From Ramazzottius varieornatus (taxonomy: Eukaryota > Animalia > Tardigrada), in contig BDGG01000003.1 of assembly GCA_001949185.1 (NCBI GenBank), positions 2,959,158-3,023,157 on the forward strand: DNA of 64,000 nucleotides. Reading direction: 5' to 3'. Of the stretch, positions 62,677 to 64,000 are shown one piece after another. The position numbers were made by a program, and so were the translations under genes. Under the pieces are notes generated by a model. The model made no database searches. It saw only the letters and a program-made list of their open reading frames with translations, and was not told the origin of the DNA. Every line of letters starts with the position of its first letter. Position 1 is the stretch's first letter.

Positions 62677-63379
62677 ATGTTTGCATGTGGCTTTCTGACA
62701 CCCAGAAGAGGGGGCAGCCTTACGTACCATCTTTTCTTCTGCTTCTTCATTCTTCTTTCTCCACCGGCCGTCAATGGTTTCGGTGTGACTTTCTTGCCCG
62801 GAGTTATCAAAGTCGTGTGTGGAACTCCGACGGAATCCGTGATTGGCAACTTGACGGTAAATCTGCATAACATAACATGATACACCCAGACACGGTAGTA
62901 TTAAGGCATCATTGTACAGTATTTGATTCCTTACAGGTTCGTAAAGTATTTTGGCCGGTATCATGGGTCCCGACGTACTTGGGAGGCGATCCAGACGATC
63001 CAACCACTTACTTCACCATCGACGAGTCCACCGGCGCCATATCCAGGAACAAGCTATACCCGCCAACCTTCACGCAACAGATCTATAAAATCGACGGGTT
63101 GGACGCTTCGGGTTCCTCCAACCTCGTCTCTGCCTACATAACTGTAAGAAAATAACGGTAATCGCTTCCCCAGTCTACCGAAAATACCATCAAACTTGTT
63201 AGAAGATTGGACTGGGGCAATCGAGCTAAGCCAGATCGTTTTCCCACGTGGCGCACTTCATCAACCACCAACAATAAGGACGTGCGCCACTTGTGTCAAC
63301 GATCTGCCTAAACTCATTTGCCCGCATCTCAGTCGTCTTTTTGAATCTTCAGTTTATCTGGCCACAATGCGGAAGTTGA
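62677..63379 (+). CDS. Small secreted protein (~137 aa) with one cadherin-like repeat; exons 62677-62856, 62937-63143, 63353-63379
   Basis: Hydrophobic signal-like segment HLFFCFFILLSPPAVNG, then TPTESVIGNLT, YFTIDESTGAI and IDGLDASG cadherin-like motifs; phase-0 introns. The last exon is tentative (alternative stop at 63155). Confidence 0.6.
63209..63330. mobile_element. Family A hairpin MITE (putative intron of the cadherin-like gene)
   Basis: CAGATCGTT...GTGGCGCA-N27-TGCGCCAC...AACGATCTG. Confidence 0.75.
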
Positions 63380-63598
63380 GCGAAGAAGACTGACTTCCTC
63401 CGGGAAACGTTTAACGGTTCATCACGGATTGCGCAAGAACGAAACAAAAGTTCAAAAAGAGATCTGAAAGACTTCAAAACGATAACGATTGGCTGTTACT
63501 AAACTACTGTCAAAAAGGAAAATGTTACTCAACATATAAATACAGTACTGATTTCGAACAACGAAGACTTTCATAAAAGGATTCTTCCACTTATCTTT

Positions 63599-64000
63599 CT
63601 AATCGATAAGCCCGAGTTGTTTCATCAGCGCCACCCGTTGTTTCTCCAGTTCATCTTCCGTCAACGCTTCGGCCAGTTGTTCTGCTTGCTTCTCCACGGT
63701 TTTCTCCACCGTTTTCCTCTTTGAAGGACCACCGTTCTCCCTCCGCTCCTTCTTGGAATGTTTGTCCGACTTGCGATCGTCCTTTCTCTTGGACGAGTCC
63801 TTCGAGACGTCGGGAGACCGATGATGCCTCTTCTTCTTCTTTGGACACTTCTTCGTGGTCTCAGGCTCTTCGTCGGATACAGGGGAACTTGGCGAAGCCG
63901 CTCGCTTCTTCGAAGAGGTCATCTCTACAGGGATAGGCTTTGAGGGTGACTTGTTCTTTGAAGAGCTAGATCTGGACTTGCTGGTATCGTTGTTCTTTTC
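63599..64000 (-). CDS. PRPF40A: 3' end of a Prp40/PRPF40-like splicing factor (continues off the right edge)
   Basis: Lys/Ser/Arg-rich tail ending LTEDELEKQRVALMKQL, resembling the PRPF40 C-terminal LSEGELEKRRRTLLEQL motif. Confidence 0.65.
   Translation of the reverse strand, partial: EKNNDTSKSRSSSSKNKSPSKPIPVEMTSSKKRAASPSSPVSDEEPETTKKCPKKKKRHHRSPDVSKDSSKRKDDRKSDKHSKKERRENGGPSKRKTVEKTVEKQAEQLAEALTEDELEKQRVALMKQLGLID

Noticed and set aside
187-63330. Families A and D as a CRISPR-like repeat-spacer system
   Set aside because: The repeats are inverted and dispersed rather than direct and arrayed, there are no cas genes, and the DNA is intron-containing and eukaryotic.
4744-64000. Functional cluster of RNA-processing genes (SF3B3, Acinus, RPP30, Prp40)
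   Set aside because: They are interspersed with unrelated genes; such co-occurrence is expected by chance in a gene-dense genome.

Overview
This is eukaryotic (metazoan) DNA from a compact, gene-dense genome with short GT-AG introns, mostly 55-100 nt. The organisation suggests an ecdysozoan, plausibly a tardigrade; that is an inference. Recognisable genes in order: a PHD-finger exon (cut by the left edge), GFOD-type oxidoreductase, SF3B3, an unannotated coiled-coil protein with intermediate-filament (IF)-like rod-end motifs, a small secreted Q/Y/G/S-rich protein, Dmrt93B-type DM/DMA gene, tyramine beta-hydroxylase, Acinus, mRpS33, Rpp30, an orphan chitin-binding (CBM14) exon, cysteinyl-tRNA synthetase, a small stand-alone divergent NYN/PIN-fold gene, Brahma, a decayed WDR49/WDY-like WD40 gene, a Snail/escargot gene, a small secreted single cadherin-like-domain gene, and the 3' end of a Prp40-like gene. 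Introns and intergenic DNA carry at least four miniature inverted-repeat families: (A) about 22 hairpins of ~120 bp with a 27-nt core spacer, (B) two 344-bp TA-flanked Tc1/mariner-type MITEs, (C) two hAT-type MITEs, and (D) 56-65-bp mini-hairpins with conserved arms and variable ~30-nt loops. Best leads: the IF-like protein with no lamin tail or CaaX, the NYN pseudo-nuclease, a Snail with a degenerate SNAG domain plus an eh1-like motif, and the fixed-spacer hairpin families. Exon structures were inferred by eye and no database searches were run.
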